NCBI GenBank assembly: GCA_026026165.1
Contig: JAPEUD010000078.1
Location: 1-64,000, forward strand
Direction of reading: 5' to 3'
Source of the DNA: Sarea resinae
Lineage: Eukaryota
DNA: 64,000 nucleotides
Shown here in pieces: positions 10,061 to 23,209 of the stretch (within the stretch, counting starts at the first letter, position 1; each line of letters opens with the position of its first letter). Both the position numbers and the translations under genes were made by a program. The notes beneath the pieces are model-generated. The model saw nothing but the letters and a program-made list of their open reading frames with translations. It searched no databases and had not been told where the DNA came from.

Positions 10061-12373
10061 TCACAGAAAGGCACCTATCAGGCAAGTATTAAATCACCTA
10101 CCTTATAGATAAAACTGCCTGTCTCCAGAGAACCGGAATGCTTTTGGTCAGCACTAAGAGTCTAGAAGGTCAAACGTCATTGAAAGATCCAAAGATCATG
10201 CTCTGCGCATTTCGGTCCTAAATAGGACAAAAAGTAGCAGTGATCTACTTCGTCCAGAGCCAGCAAAACACTTACCAGCAACTGCCCCACTGATTTGCTT
10301 GCTCCACTGATTTGCCGTTAAGGGTGTAAGTAGGTTTGTCGCCTCCATCTCTGACGCCTTTACCAACGCAACCCATCCGGGGAGAGTCGGCACCACGGCC
10401 AGTATGAGCAATGACTAGCACCTTTCGTCACTCTCTATCTAACGGGTAGGGACTAATCTAAGTAAGGCAATGGAGCTGGGGGCCGAGGGCGGCTTTAGCC
10501 TTCCTTGCACCTACCAATACGAGACTAAACGTCAATGCCTGTGCTGCTATGGTCCCCGCAGAAGATCATCTTGATGTTGGGCCGCAGGCTGCCCTTCCCC
10601 AGGCCTTCCCCACAGTTCACCCGCCTGTCGCTCACGGCCGCAGTTGACCTCGCTGCTTCGGACACTAGCTCAAGCCCGCTTTTACGTACCTAAGGTACCT
10701 TACGCACCTAGGCACCTCCGGGTAGGCGGGGTTGTGCAGCAGTGAAGGATGGAAAGCCGTGTCAGGGTAGCGCTCGATTGGAATCCGCAGGGTGCGAGCA
10801 TTGACTAGGTACGTAGTGGAGTACTTACCTTAGGTAAGTTGACTGACTACCTAGTAGGTACCTAGGTCCCTTTGGTAGTATACTACGTACTTCGTACTTA
10901 CCTTAGCAAGTGAATAAGGAGGTAGGTAGCCTTACTTCAAGAATGCGTGTAGCTACGAGTGGTTGACTCGCTAGAGCCTACCTCAGACATGTCCCGAGGT
11001 CGACCTGATGCGACTCGATGAACTGCCAATTCCAATTACTCCGAGCGATCTGGAACCCAGACACCTGTCATATTGTCCCTCGATGTTCTCAACTTGCTCT
11101 GCTTGAGTACGCTTACACACTGGCCTTTCGGAGATCGTCGCTAGGACTGACCGACCACCTATCTATCCTACCAGGTGTGCCGACTGCGGGGCAGATGCCC
11201 AAGATGGTTGCCGTCACCGACTCAGCAAAATGAGAAATGCGTTTGAGTGGACACTGACGTTCGACGTCCGAACCGAAGGAGGGCTCTCGCACTACAATAG
11301 CCAATGCCTTCGTCTCCTTCCCGACTCCCCTAAGGTCGAGGCGACTAAAGACTAGCGTGGTGTGGGGAACCCTCGCTTTCCCCCCCTCTGCCGTGCTAGG
11401 GCACTCGATTATGGCAAGTATGGAAGCCTCGGGAGCTCGAAGCGGCTCGAGCTCAGGTCCCCAGGGATTTTGGAGCCAATTGACGAGTGAATCGACCCAA
11501 CTACACCGCAGGGAACAAGAGAATCTGGGGTTCTCTAGAAATCGACACCCATCTCATCTCTCGAAGACCCCGGACCAATTCGGACAAACCCGCATGTAGA
11601 TCCGACCTTCCATGCCAGAGAAGCGTCAGAGCTCGTCGTCTTACTTCTCATGTCCTTTCTAATCATACTATTATCGCCTTCTTTTCTTCATGGTACATTT
11701 TTGACAAGTCTCTGTTTGCCTGTGCTTTTCGACAGTGATTAATAATAATATCATCGAGTTTGAATGCTGCGAATGATGAAAATTTTTCAACTCAGATTGC
11801 GCATGCGCTAAGTGGAGAACAAAGTCGATCAAGGGTCGATCAAGAGCCTCAATAATGACATGCGGGATAGGCGCGTATCATGTTCGGCCTAATTTCTTTA
11901 ACGTGCAAACCACCGAATTGAACATTCATCCGCGACTACATCAATCTAGAATAACACCAATCTCCAAATGATCAGCAGCAGAGGCTTGAGGAAGTTTAGC
12001 TTGGCGCTCTTCCTCACTCAGGTCCAATGGAAATGACTACATTACCTCGCTCCTTTCGGATCGGCTTGGCAATATTACGGAGCATTGGAGCAATTTGGCC
12101 GAGAGGATCAGCGTCTAGAAAATGGCATGGAGGGTGATCTTATAGTAAGCCATGGCGGCATACGTGCAATGCCAAGAGGATCTTCAATCCGGGGTTCGTT
12201 CTCATCTGGGACTTGATCCCATGACTTCACCAGACACCCATATTTATATGTGATCGAGGTGAAGGCTTTCCAGAGCTTCGACTACTCACTTTCGAATTGA
12301 TCTCATTCTTCGAATGTCGCTTACACTTTGAGGTGCTGGACCTGACGACTCCTGTTACCCCCTTACCTTGATC

Positions 12374-14194
12374 ATGGCATCAACAACTCAAAACGGTGTC
12401 CCTAATGGGGCCCATGTTGAGGACCATGCGGCTCAGGCCAAAGAGATGGAGCACTCGAGCACAGCAAAAGACCTCGAGTCGCCTGGTTATCTCGGAGAGA
12501 AGACTGCCACTACGACGAGCGGCGCGGACTTTGAATATAACTTCGACGTTATCACAAATTTGATCGCCCTTTTCTGGACTTTCTTCGCGAGCACTTGGAC
12601 AATTTCATTTCCGAATGCGGAGACCACTTATATCACCGAAGCTTTTCCGACCGAGTCCAACCTAGCGACATGGATCACGGCGTCACATACCATCAGCCTC
12701 TGCGTTGTGTCAGCCTTTATTGGACATCTCTCTGACATATTTGGCCGCAAGAACTTCCTCATATTGGGTCCCCTTCTCACCATCATGGGAAGTCTGATAG
12801 CCGGAAGGGCTCATAGCCTTCAAATGGTTGTTGGAGGCCAGGTTGTTAACGGCATTGGCTTCGCACTTGGATATCTCTCGGTCGCATCGATCATGGAATT
12901 AGTCCCAAAGAACAAGAGAGCTACTGTCCAGATGTACTCGAACGTCGCAGCTAGTGTGGCATATATCGTCGGAGTGCTCGCAGCCGGAGGATTCATCCAG
13001 CACAACACCGGTGGAGCCATGAACGGATGGCGTGCGTGCTTCTATCTAAGCGCAGGCTTCAATTTTCTAGCCGTCATTTTGCAATTCTTTTTTTATCATC
13101 CATCGACCCTCTCAACCCTTTACCCGGGCCTCAGTTTTGGAGCACGCTTGCGCAAGATTGATTGGATTGGTGGGTTCCTCGCTGTTTCCGGATTGACCAT
13201 CTTCCTAGTCGGCTTGGAGTTCGGCAACAATCCTTATAAATGGGATAGTGCGACTGTCCTAGCTCCAATCTTTGTCGGCGGTTTCCTCATCGTTGTCTTT
13301 GCGCTCTACGAATGGCTAGGACCCGCAGGTGGACTGTTGGATCATAGGATGTTTGAGACCTGGAACTTCGGATTGATGATGGGCCTTAGCTGGCTGTCCG
13401 GAATCGTCTTGTTCGGTCTGCCGGAATTTTTCCCACAACTAGTGACTCACACATGGAGCCAAAAGCCTGTCACCACCGGAGTCTATTCCCTACCACTCAA
13501 TGTTGCCTTCATTGCTGGTGGTTTCATTGGAGGTCTGTGGGTTATCTTCATCAAGAGCGCTAGAGCCTTAATCACGTTCTCTTTCGTGTGCATCCTGGTT
13601 GGTGGTGGTCTCCTGGCTGTCGAGAATCCTCATATCAACTTCGCTGCATGGTTTTTCCCGACTGCGATCATCGGTATTGGGGTGGGCATTCAATCCACTA
13701 TTATGCCAGTCGTAGCAACCATTTGCATGCCACTCAATCTGATTGGCACTGCTACGAACGTTTTCTTCTCTAGTCGAGCGAATGGCGGGACCGTTGGGGT
13801 AATCATTTTGGACGTGGTTTTCAATTCCAAGCTTACGAAGAAGCTCCCGGCGTTGGTCGAAAAGGCGACTCTGGCAGCTGGTATAAAACCACAAACTTTA
13901 CCTGCACTGCTCAAAGCCGTCCAGGCTGGTAGCCCCGCTGCGCTGGAGGCGGTCCCTGGAGTCACTCCGCAAATCCTGATGGCCGCTGAAGAAGCCACAA
14001 TGCAGGCTTATGACGACTCTTTCCGCTTCGTATTCTACTCCCTGATAGCAATCGCGGGTGCCTGGTCGTTGATTGCGTTGCTCATCCGTCCCATACGGGA
14101 CCAGTTGACTACTGAAATCGCCTCTCCAGTCACACCAGGAGGTGTTCGCAAGATCAGCCCAGCAAGCGAGCGTCGAGAACTGGGCTTGGCTTAG
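12374..14194 (+). CDS. MFS transporter, TRI12-like/DHA2 14-TM efflux family, intronless
   Basis: 606 aa from the ATG. MFS motif A GHLSDIFGRK, GWRACFY, RKIDWIGGFL, AYDDSFRFVF, and many hydrophobic segments. Confidence 0.9.
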   Translation: MASTTQNGVPNGAHVEDHAAQAKEMEHSSTAKDLESPGYLGEKTATTTSGADFEYNFDVITNLIALFWTFFASTWTISFPNAETTYITEAFPTESNLATWITASHTISLCVVSAFIGHLSDIFGRKNFLILGPLLTIMGSLIAGRAHSLQMVVGGQVVNGIGFALGYLSVASIMELVPKNKRATVQMYSNVAASVAYIVGVLAAGGFIQHNTGGAMNGWRACFYLSAGFNFLAVILQFFFYHPSTLSTLYPGLSFGARLRKIDWIGGFLAVSGLTIFLVGLEFGNNPYKWDSATVLAPIFVGGFLIVVFALYEWLGPAGGLLDHRMFETWNFGLMMGLSWLSGIVLFGLPEFFPQLVTHTWSQKPVTTGVYSLPLNVAFIAGGFIGGLWVIFIKSARALITFSFVCILVGGGLLAVENPHINFAAWFFPTAIIGIGVGIQSTIMPVVATICMPLNLIGTATNVFFSSRANGGTVGVIILDVVFNSKLTKKLPALVEKATLAAGIKPQTLPALLKAVQAGSPAALEAVPGVTPQILMAAEEATMQAYDDSFRFVFYSLIAIAGAWSLIALLIRPIRDQLTTEIASPVTPGGVRKISPASERRELGLA

Positions 14195-15061
14195 TGATTA
14201 TGATCACTCTGTTTCTTCATTACTTCATCTATCCGAAACGATATGAGGACCGAAGAAGACTGGGGAGACTCGATCGGAGGACGGAAATTTCCTCGAGCTG
14301 CTCTAATTTACGCCTTTTTTATGAATGTATTGGGTCAGGGTGGAGATACGATTGAATTTCGCTCTAATGTTTATGAGTCAATCGATTCCCACCTTACGTA
14401 TAAAGTGACTGTATTTATTCTCTACCTAGATACCAAAACGTCTCCAAAAAGTGATGTAATAAGATGCTATTATTTCCAATGGTTTGCTTCCGTGAAATAG
14501 AGCAGACACAATCAAATGATTTCCGAAGATGCTCAATCATTCAGGAATTCACCGTCGGCCTTACCTACTGATTGCCTAGTGTTTTACCGTATACTAGAGG
14601 AGGTACGTGCCATCGGTTTGGTTGTATGTTGAAATATTCGGCTATATGGATATCGATTCAACTACTCTACTAACTAGGTGGACTATACTGCGTTTATATA
14701 ACTAGATATGAGGCATTTGAACGCGTAATCCTGCTGCAGAATTCAGGAGAAGACGATGATCATGATGTATGATAACTGGGTCATCTCCATGGATATATAC
14801 CCTGATTTCCTATTCCGGCCTAGTCACATGATCGGCTGGATCGGCATATCCCGACATTGTAAGAGTACGGAGTACCTACTTATTGGGTACCCGTTGAGTT
14901 GAAGGCTTTCATAAGATAAGATAAGATAAGATAGTAATGATATCTGATCACGGCAGGCATTAGATGCCGTTGCCACAACTCGCGCGCAAATAGGTGAGCC
15001 ATACGCGATGATTGTCGAAGATTGTCACTCACTCAACTCGAATACTATCATCACTCCCAAC

Positions 15062-15617
15062 ATGGTGAGAAAGAGCGATCGAAAGATTCTTGATATTGCC
15101 CTAACATTTGGTTCTCTAGCCTTCCAATGACCCGGGCCCTCTGTCGTGGACCTTGCGCTTCAAACACCACAAGACCACTATACTTTTATTTGTCGAACCT
15201 CTTCAGAGCTTTCACTCAATAAAGATGGGACTGATACAGGCGCTTAATGCGACTAGACCGGATGGCAAGCTTGATGGACTTGCAATACCATCTGACCCCG
15301 AAGAGGTGCTTCTTGGGCTTCCGCGTAATCCTCACGATCTTGGGGAAGGTTGGGTTGCGCTCGAAATTCCCGAGGTGGAGATTCTCGAAGAAGATGGAGG
15401 GAAGAGGAAAATAGGCGGCAAACAGGGCATTCTCAACACTTCACCTCAAGGTGCTAAATTGAAGGATGGTGCTGTTCTGGCATTCAAATTCAGGAGGAAC
15501 GTCGCAGATATGGATGCACATGGCATGGCTTTGGAAGATGAAGAGCAATGGGATGTACTCGTGCCCAGTTACGAGGATGAATACGGTAGTCAGGCTGAAG
15601 AAGGCGGATCCTCTTAA
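15062..15617 (+). CDS. Hypothetical fungal protein (~166 aa); exon 1 contributes only the ATG
   Basis: ATG at 15062-15064, then intron GTGAGA...CTAAC...TAG (15065-15119), then in-frame PSNDPGPLSWTLRFKHHKTTILLFVEP...LKDGAVLAFKFR...WDVLVPSYEDEY. Confidence 0.75.
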
Positions 15618-16894
15618 GGACTGAAGCGGGCAGGAGCGGTAATAGCTGGGGCCGTTGTGGATAACTGCTTCATCTCAACCAGTCGAAAATGTCTCACGCA
15701 TAGGAAAGGCTATAGGAGTTCAACGGCGTTTGACTTCATGCTACTAGCTCAACTGAGATCCGCAATTTCAAAAGTTGACCAAGCACCCTGAAATGCAACA
15801 AGCCGTGACCAAAGGTGTGGTTCAGTCAGCTCTTCTAAATCATATTCAGGGGGATCTTTTCCAGCAAAAAGTAGTCTTTCTAAGCGCTAAATAGACTTAG
15901 TAGTATTCTAGGGAAAAGAATGTAGGAATATCACGCGGGTTATGAGATACTGTAGATAGTGTTTGATATTGATACCCTCTTGAAGCGTCACTCCCCGGGT
16001 GTCTAGCAAACTTTCTAGAATCTTGAACGAGATGGCGGGAGGTCCCGTGAAGATTAAGTGAAACATACATGTTTTGAAAGGATCTTCAAAAATAAGCACG
16101 TTCACGAGGCCAAATGCGATGTCCATTGAATGCAGCTTTGCGGCCACTTTTCTCTACTCTATGGCATGGTCTCCACTACCTAGTAGCCTGTAATACTCCG
16201 AGTAGTAGACCCTGGCCCGGTATTGCTGACCTATAAAGATCCTCAAAAAAGGAAACTTTTGAGTGAGAGACCAATAATACGGTCAGCTGAATTTGTCCTG
16301 AATTAGCCCAATTTGAACTCTCTGAGTGGCTCGCGACATCATTTAATGAGCGCGGGCAGCAGTGCTCACTGGCTTAGGGGATACATGTACTGTACCTACC
16401 TAGGTACCTACCTACCTAGTACTCCGTAGTATCGAAAATGATCTATGACCATATGATAAACGGCCCGGGTCAGGCAAAGTACGAAGTACCTACCTACCTA
16501 ACCTACCTACAGAGTACCTTGCCTGAGGTACCTCACCTTACTCTGGAGTAGGGAAGTGAGGTTGGTTTCATTAAGTCGTTGTTGGGGCAACCGGAAAGCG
16601 CCGTGCAAGACTCGAGAGTGTGTCAAGCATAACAACATCGTCTGTACGAAGTGCGAAGTAACTTGAATTGAACTGCATTGCTACCTGCTCGCGACTCTCA
16701 TTACTTCCTCGTTCCACACACCAGCTTTCAAGCTTCTTCATTGCTACTAAACTACCCATCCAGCAGCCGTACACATATCTTCTCACCTTCATTACCTTTG
16801 TGGGGCGAAGTGCTCTCTTTCAAGGTGCGCAACGACTAACAACATAACGATCTATACCTAACCTGTACACCGCAGATTATTCTCTTGAGCAGCA

Positions 16895-19800
16895 ATGGCC
16901 GCAGCGGATGGCGGCGCATCGTCTATTTCGGTGGCTGTCAGGGTTCGACCATTCACCATCAGAGAAGCAGCACAATTGACTAAATGCGATGATGGGCCCT
17001 TCTTCTTGGGTGATGGTTCACTGGCAGCAGTGCCTACACCGAAGCTCATGCAGAAGGGGATCCGTCCGGTAGTCAAAGTGGTAGATGAAAAGTGCCTGTA
17101 GGCTGTCCCTCCTCATGATAAGCCAATCGACAAAGCCGCTGACATCGTTCTAGTGTCTTTGACCCCCCTGAGGACAACCCTGTGCAGAGGTTCTCACGAT
17201 CAGTGGTCCCTAGCTCCGGAAAGCGCGTGAAAGATCAGACCTTTGCTTTTGATCGTGTCTTTGATGAGAACACCACTCAGGCAGACGTTTACGAGGCTAC
17301 GACGAAGAATCTGCTGGATAGCGTACTTGATGGATATAACGCAACAGTCTTCGCCTACGGCGCCACGGGATGTGGAAAGACACATACCATTACGTGAGTC
17401 TCCAGATTTAAAAAGCTTATCGGCACATCGGAGTTTGCTGACGAAGATAGCGGTACCGCTCAACAACCCGGTATCATATTCTTGACCATGCAAGAGCTAT
17501 TCGAACGAATAGGCGAAACAACAGAGGAAAAGGTGACGGAAGTGTCTTTATCATACCTTGAAATCTACAACGAGACTATAAGAGACCTTCTGGTCCCTGG
17601 TGGCAGTAAGAGCGGACTGATGCTTCGGGAGGACGCGAATCAGACAGTCTCGGTAGCAGGCCTATCGAGTCATCACCCCCAGAATGTATGTCTTGTTCTC
17701 ACCGATTGAACGGATATGGCTAACCTAGGCAGGTTCAAGACGTAATGGATATAATCATGAGAGGAAACGAATACCGCACCATGTCCCCGACGGAAGCAAA
17801 TGCAACATCCTCCAGATCCCATGCTGTACTGCAGATCAATCTTTCCCAAAAGGATAGAAATGCTGATGTGAATGAGCCTCATACTATGGCTACACTTAGC
17901 ATCATCGATCTTGCTGGTAGCGAGAGAGCCAGCGCAACTAAGAATCGAGGCGATCGTCTGCTCGAAGGCGCCAACATCAATAAGTCCCTACTGGCACTAG
18001 GCAGTTGCATCAACGCTCTCTGCGATCCACGGAAACGCAATCATGTGCCTTATAGAAACTCCAAACTCACTCGGCTGCTGAAGTTTTCGCTCGGAGGAAA
18101 TTGCCGGACTGTTATGATTGTCTGCGTGAGTCCTTCAAGCCAGCATTTCGACGAAACCCAAAACACGCTTCGTTACGCAAATCGGGCGAAGAATATCCAA
18201 ACCAAAGTGACGAGGAACGTGTATAACGTGAATCGTCATGTTAAAGATTTCCTGAAGAAGATCGATGAACAGATGGCCCTCATCAACGAACTCAAGCAAC
18301 AACAAAAGGAACATGAGGCCACTGCGTTTGTGAAGTTCAAAAAGCAAACGGAGAAAACTGATGTGATTGTGAGAGAAGGTATTACTAGGCTCCGAAGCGC
18401 GTATTCGCATTCGGCACACGAACGGCAAGAGAAAGTTTCCGACATGAGGAAACTACGTTTGATCGAACGCAGAATCTCGATGATATCTTCCTGGATTGCA
18501 GCTTTCGACGCAGTGTGCGACGCTAGAGAGGAAGAAGAGCCGCCGCAGAATCTGGTGAGCATGAGAAAGACGGCTCAAGGGATACTGGTGGAGTTGGAGG
18601 GTAGTAGACAGCACTACCACCAGCGGCTAGCGAGGTGCAATTGGGAGAGGACCTTAGATGCCGCCTTACAGACTGGATTGAGACAACTGAAGGAGGCAGA
18701 TGTTCACAGCATCGATGGAAGTGAGAGTGCAGCCTTATCAAGAGAGGCTGAATTATTGAAGTCGAATGCTGAGAGGGATGCTCTTCTGGGGATAATCGGA
18801 CAGGAGAAGACCGGAGATTCCACGATTGCTCAAGTCCTTCTACAAGCTCATTTTGAGACAATATCTTCGTTGAATCGAATTCTTCAGATGGAGGAGCAGG
18901 AAGCTGTTGAGATGGCAAGAGATATTCTTGGTAGGATGCTCAATTCGTGTTCAGCCGCCACATCACAAGCCATCAAGCCAGACGGTGGCTTGCCCGCTAT
19001 CGAAGCATTCCCTCCTACTCGGTCCGGGACTCCGAGGCGGAAAAAGCAGGTGAATCTTCTCGCCCCATCGCCAATGAAACCCAGTGCGAATGGCGGCCTT
19101 TCTAAGTTGTCTCACCTCTCAAATTCCCCGTTCAAGGCATCCCCGAAGAGGCGGAAGGTTTTTGTAGCGAAGAAAGGCGTGTCCTTCACACCCAACAAAA
19201 AACCTTCAACCAAGATTAGCAAGAGGGTCGTACGATGGCGGGATGATACAGAGGATGGGACTCTTGCAGAATTTGAAAAAACGCCACAGAAACTTGATGC
19301 TACTCCTGAATCGTCTTCGGCGGAGCCGCCGACAGCAGACACCTCAAGCTACTTGGTGGACGGCATCTTGGCCTCTGACTCGAATGATTCGTCACCTATC
19401 CTGCCACCACCAGAACCGTCGTTGGATGTCAAGCCTAGATCCAGCCGATTTCAAACGGGCTTTCTTTCGAAGAGAACGGATGGGTCGCCTCTGCCGCCGA
19501 CGATCAGCAATTTCTCATCGGACTCCGAACATTCTCCTCTTCTCGATCTAGAACCTAGCAAAGTCTCCAACAATTCACCTTTGCGATTTGTTGAGACGCC
19601 ATCAAGCGACGCAACGCCGAATGAATGCGGAAGTAATTCTTCCTCGGACGGGGAAGGCAAATCCATGAAGGTCAATAAGACCGATGCTGCCCGGCTCAAA
19701 TCGGCCATCAAGCGAGCGTCCAGCTCTTCTGTGGTCTCGAGCGGATTGAGCAACCGGACACATCGACGGAGAAGCCCTACAGCCGCAACCGCGGGTAGCC

Positions 19801-20072
19801 CGCCCAATGAGAATGCACTGTTCACGGCAAGCCACGCACGAAGGATGGTCAAGTCTGAGAAAGAGAATGATTGGAGAGGTAGCGTGCTGAGCCCGAGGAC
19901 CACGCCTGTGGTGAAGGGTGCCTCGCAACGACGGACGACGATAAGCGAAGACAAGGCCCGCGGCTCCATGGGATCAAGAGGAGAGACAGCACGGCTGAGC
20001 GCTGTCGTGACTGGAAGCGGTGGAGCGTCAAGGGGAAGTCTCGCGGCTGGAGGCAAAAGCACGTGGAGATGA
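16895..20072 (+). CDS. kipB: Kinesin-8 family motor (Kip3/KipB-like)
   Basis: Motifs ISVAVRVRP, AYGATGCGKT, NATSSRSHAV, DLAGSERA, HVPYRNSKLTRLL. Introns 17098-17153, 17394-17450, 17686-17732. Confidence 0.93.
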
Positions 20073-20957
20073 ACTTGGCAGACGATGCAAGAGGACTTTC
20101 TATGTGCTTTGTCGGAGAATCCCCTCGTTGGCTGTAGATGCTAGAACTGTCATTTGATGTCTGCAGCGATATTCCCAATTGAATGTGGAGCTTGTTCTGG
20201 TGTTGGAAGGATCGAGGATTGGAGCCTGGAGTTGGGAGACCTTTACACCTACGATTTTGATTCTCTGAAGTGGTTCTATCACAGCACTGTATATTTTATG
20301 GTTATTGATTCCTCGAAGCCGATTGATCACATTTGATTCAGATGATGCTTGGGCTCGATATGTACCTCGCAGTACGCTTGAGTGTACACAGTACGCTCTT
20401 ATCTTATCCGTCTTATCCGGAGTCCCTCGAGCGCTCTAGCCCTGGGCAGGGTTCTCGAACGTACCTACTACCTTATGTAAGGTAAGCATCTACTCCGAGT
20501 ACCCAAGGAGCTCGTAACAGGTAGTTCTACCTGCATCGTCGAGTGTCTCGCTCCCACAGGAAGTGGCGACGAGGAGATATTCAAAGTACACTGTACTCAG
20601 TACCAACCTTTGGGTATCGTTGACGCCATCAGCGCCATCGGACGCCGTCACAATTTCCGATTGTGAGCCACATCCTTACTGTATGGTCCCCGAATTCCAA
20701 ATCCGATCCGTCTTACCCTATCTCCCTAGACTCCCTAGGAGTATTCACAAATAATCTCCAATCTTTTGCCTCGCTTTCACTCCATATTGTTCGAACGTCA
20801 CCTCTTCGTTCAATACTGAATACCCCATCAGGATCACTGCCGATAATCACCATTGCTGTTGCTTCTCCCAACCTTGACTTCTTCAGCTTCATTGATCACG
20901 GCGAAGTTTCCATTGCCACCGCTTTCTCTTGTCACCATCTTGACACTTGCAATCCTC

Positions 20958-21763
20958 ATGGCTTTCACAATGTCTCCATCCCTAACTCGCCTCTTTCGGC
21001 CCTTTTCCAGTAGCCGCTTGAGTCTCCATCCGGAAGGTGGTGGCTCCAACATTCCTCCCAATGCGCAGATCGCCACCGTTGCTGCAGGGTGCTTCTGGGG
21101 AGTCGAACACATGTATAGAAAGACCTTCGAAGGCAAAGGCTTGCTCGATGCCAAAGTTGGCTATATCGGTGGAGACAAAAAGCATCCTAGCTATCGAGCG
21201 GTGTGTACAGGAAACACTGGGCGTATGTCTCCTCGTCACTAGAATGTTACTGCTTCCCTCTGCGCTGCTTTTAGGAACATATGAGCTAAGGGCAGGACAG
21301 ATGCGGAGTCACTCCAGGTTGTATTTGATCCGGACCAGGTAACTTACCGGCAGCTACTTGAGTTCTTCTACAAGATGCACGATCCTACAACGATGAACAG
21401 TCAAGGTCCCGATACCGGAAGCCAGTACAGGAGCGCCATCTTCTTCCACAACGAAGAGCAGGAAAGAATTGCACGAGATATCACCAATAAGGTGCAAAAG
21501 GAATGGTGGAACCGTGGAAAGGTGGTTACGGAGATAATCCGTGAGTCTACATTTCTCCTGTACGCGAACTGCACGAGACGCTGACGGCCTTAGCTGCTGG
21601 CGAATGGTGGGACGCAGAATCTTACCATCAATTGTACCTGGAGAAGAACCCATCGGGCTATGAATGTCCTTCGCAGTAGGTTGACCGAATAAGCTGTTGT
21701 CTGCATTTCTAGCTACTAACAGGGCCCAGCTTCCTTCGCACATTTCCCCTACTTTCGGAATGA
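20958..21763 (+). CDS. msrA: Peptide methionine sulfoxide reductase MsrA
   Basis: Catalytic GCFWG motif, TGHAE across intron 1, QGPDTGSQYRSAIF, AESYHQLYL, C-terminal GYECPSHF. Three GT-AG introns. Confidence 0.95.
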
Positions 21764-23209
21764 GAATTACCTATCCTTTGAGCACAGGTTGTACACTATG
21801 TTATCATGAAAAGTTGGATTTGATAGCGACTTCAGAGAGAGCGGTACTATTCTTTGTGTTTTCTTCCTTTTGCTCAAGCGTTACAGGAGTTTCATGTTAC
21901 TCCAATTGTTTCTCGTCTACAAATAGAAAAGGGGCCACTTGCGGACAACAACTCAAAAGCTTATCTGGACCCATTAGTTGTCCAATATCTTTGTTTGCCA
22001 CCGTTGCCTGTCGATCTACAATGTTCTGTGTTAGAGATTTGAAAGTGGTGCCGAGAGATATTCGGTTCCATGTATCCCCCTTCCCGCCACTCTCCCTTCG
22101 CCCCCCACCCGGGCGCCATGGTCAATGGGCTTTCACAGTCGAAAGGATAGCCGCTTTCTCAGGCGGACCGGAGCTGAAATCCGAAGCTAGAATTCACCAC
22201 GTATGATGCGCTAGGGAAACATCCTTCTCTCGCGCGGCTGCGACCCGTGGGCCGTTCTGAAAGACCCTCAGACGTAGGTAATATGCCCTTCGCGCTGGCG
22301 GCCACCACCACTACTGCTGCTCTAATGTACTTGTCCAGAGATGCTCTTTTATACTATGTATCACCTAGTCAATAGTGAACACTGAGGGCTCCAGTGTATT
22401 TATATGTCGTTGCATTCAACTCTGGTCTTTTCTGTCTGCTGCAACTCTGTATGCATGTATGTAAATATGTATGTGTATGCGATTCAATAGGAAGGGGGAA
22501 AGGTGATAGTGATTTTGTAAATTTTATGTCTGCCTGCCTGCTTGCCCGTCTGCCCGTCTGCCCGTCTGCCTGTCTGATATCAACCCAAAAGTTTCTAGGC
22601 TTTTGTGCGTGTGTTCCTCACTTAAGAAATCAGATATACACACAAAGAATACCCAAGGCAGCACAGCCAGGACACACGAATGACGTGTAGGCTATAGATA
22701 GATAGATAGATAGCTAGACAGGTAGACGCACGTGTGTGTTTAGTAGCTGTTTGCTCCTTCTTGCGAAATATCATTCGCATGTGTTAAGCAAGTCGATCCA
22801 ATTTGCCACCGTGGAAACCCCCCCGCCCGGCCTCCCTCCGAAAGACCTCCGCTGATGCTCGACCAGGACCTGACGAGATGTGGGGCGCTGGACAGACAAA
22901 GGCGAAATGATGCTCAAACCCCCTCTGAAGATAAGAATGAAATACCACGAACTCGGTCCAGGAACGCTTTTGGGGTTCGAAAACGTAGAAAAACGGTAAT
23001 TACAAAGGAATCCCGTGTCGGCGGCGCGCCATGTCTGTTATTACCTCGCCTCGCCACAGCCAGCCCGGCCTTATATCCTCACTCACCCACCCGATCAGGC
23101 CGTCCTGACTTTTCTGCCCTCATCGCTCCTCCCTGCTCCCATCTCCCCCGTTCGTTTTGCTTGCCATCATTCTCTGCAGTGCGTATCCCTCGTTTCCTTT
23201 CTCCAGAGA

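Noticed and set aside
15908..16147. 79-aa minus-strand ORF, possible gene relic
   Set aside because: GTG start, no recognisable domain and no supportable splice model.
19451..20062. Long antisense or alternative-frame ORFs over kinesin, rtc1, hmt1 and similar genes
   Set aside because: Shadow ORFs of GC-rich coding sequence with no independent motifs.
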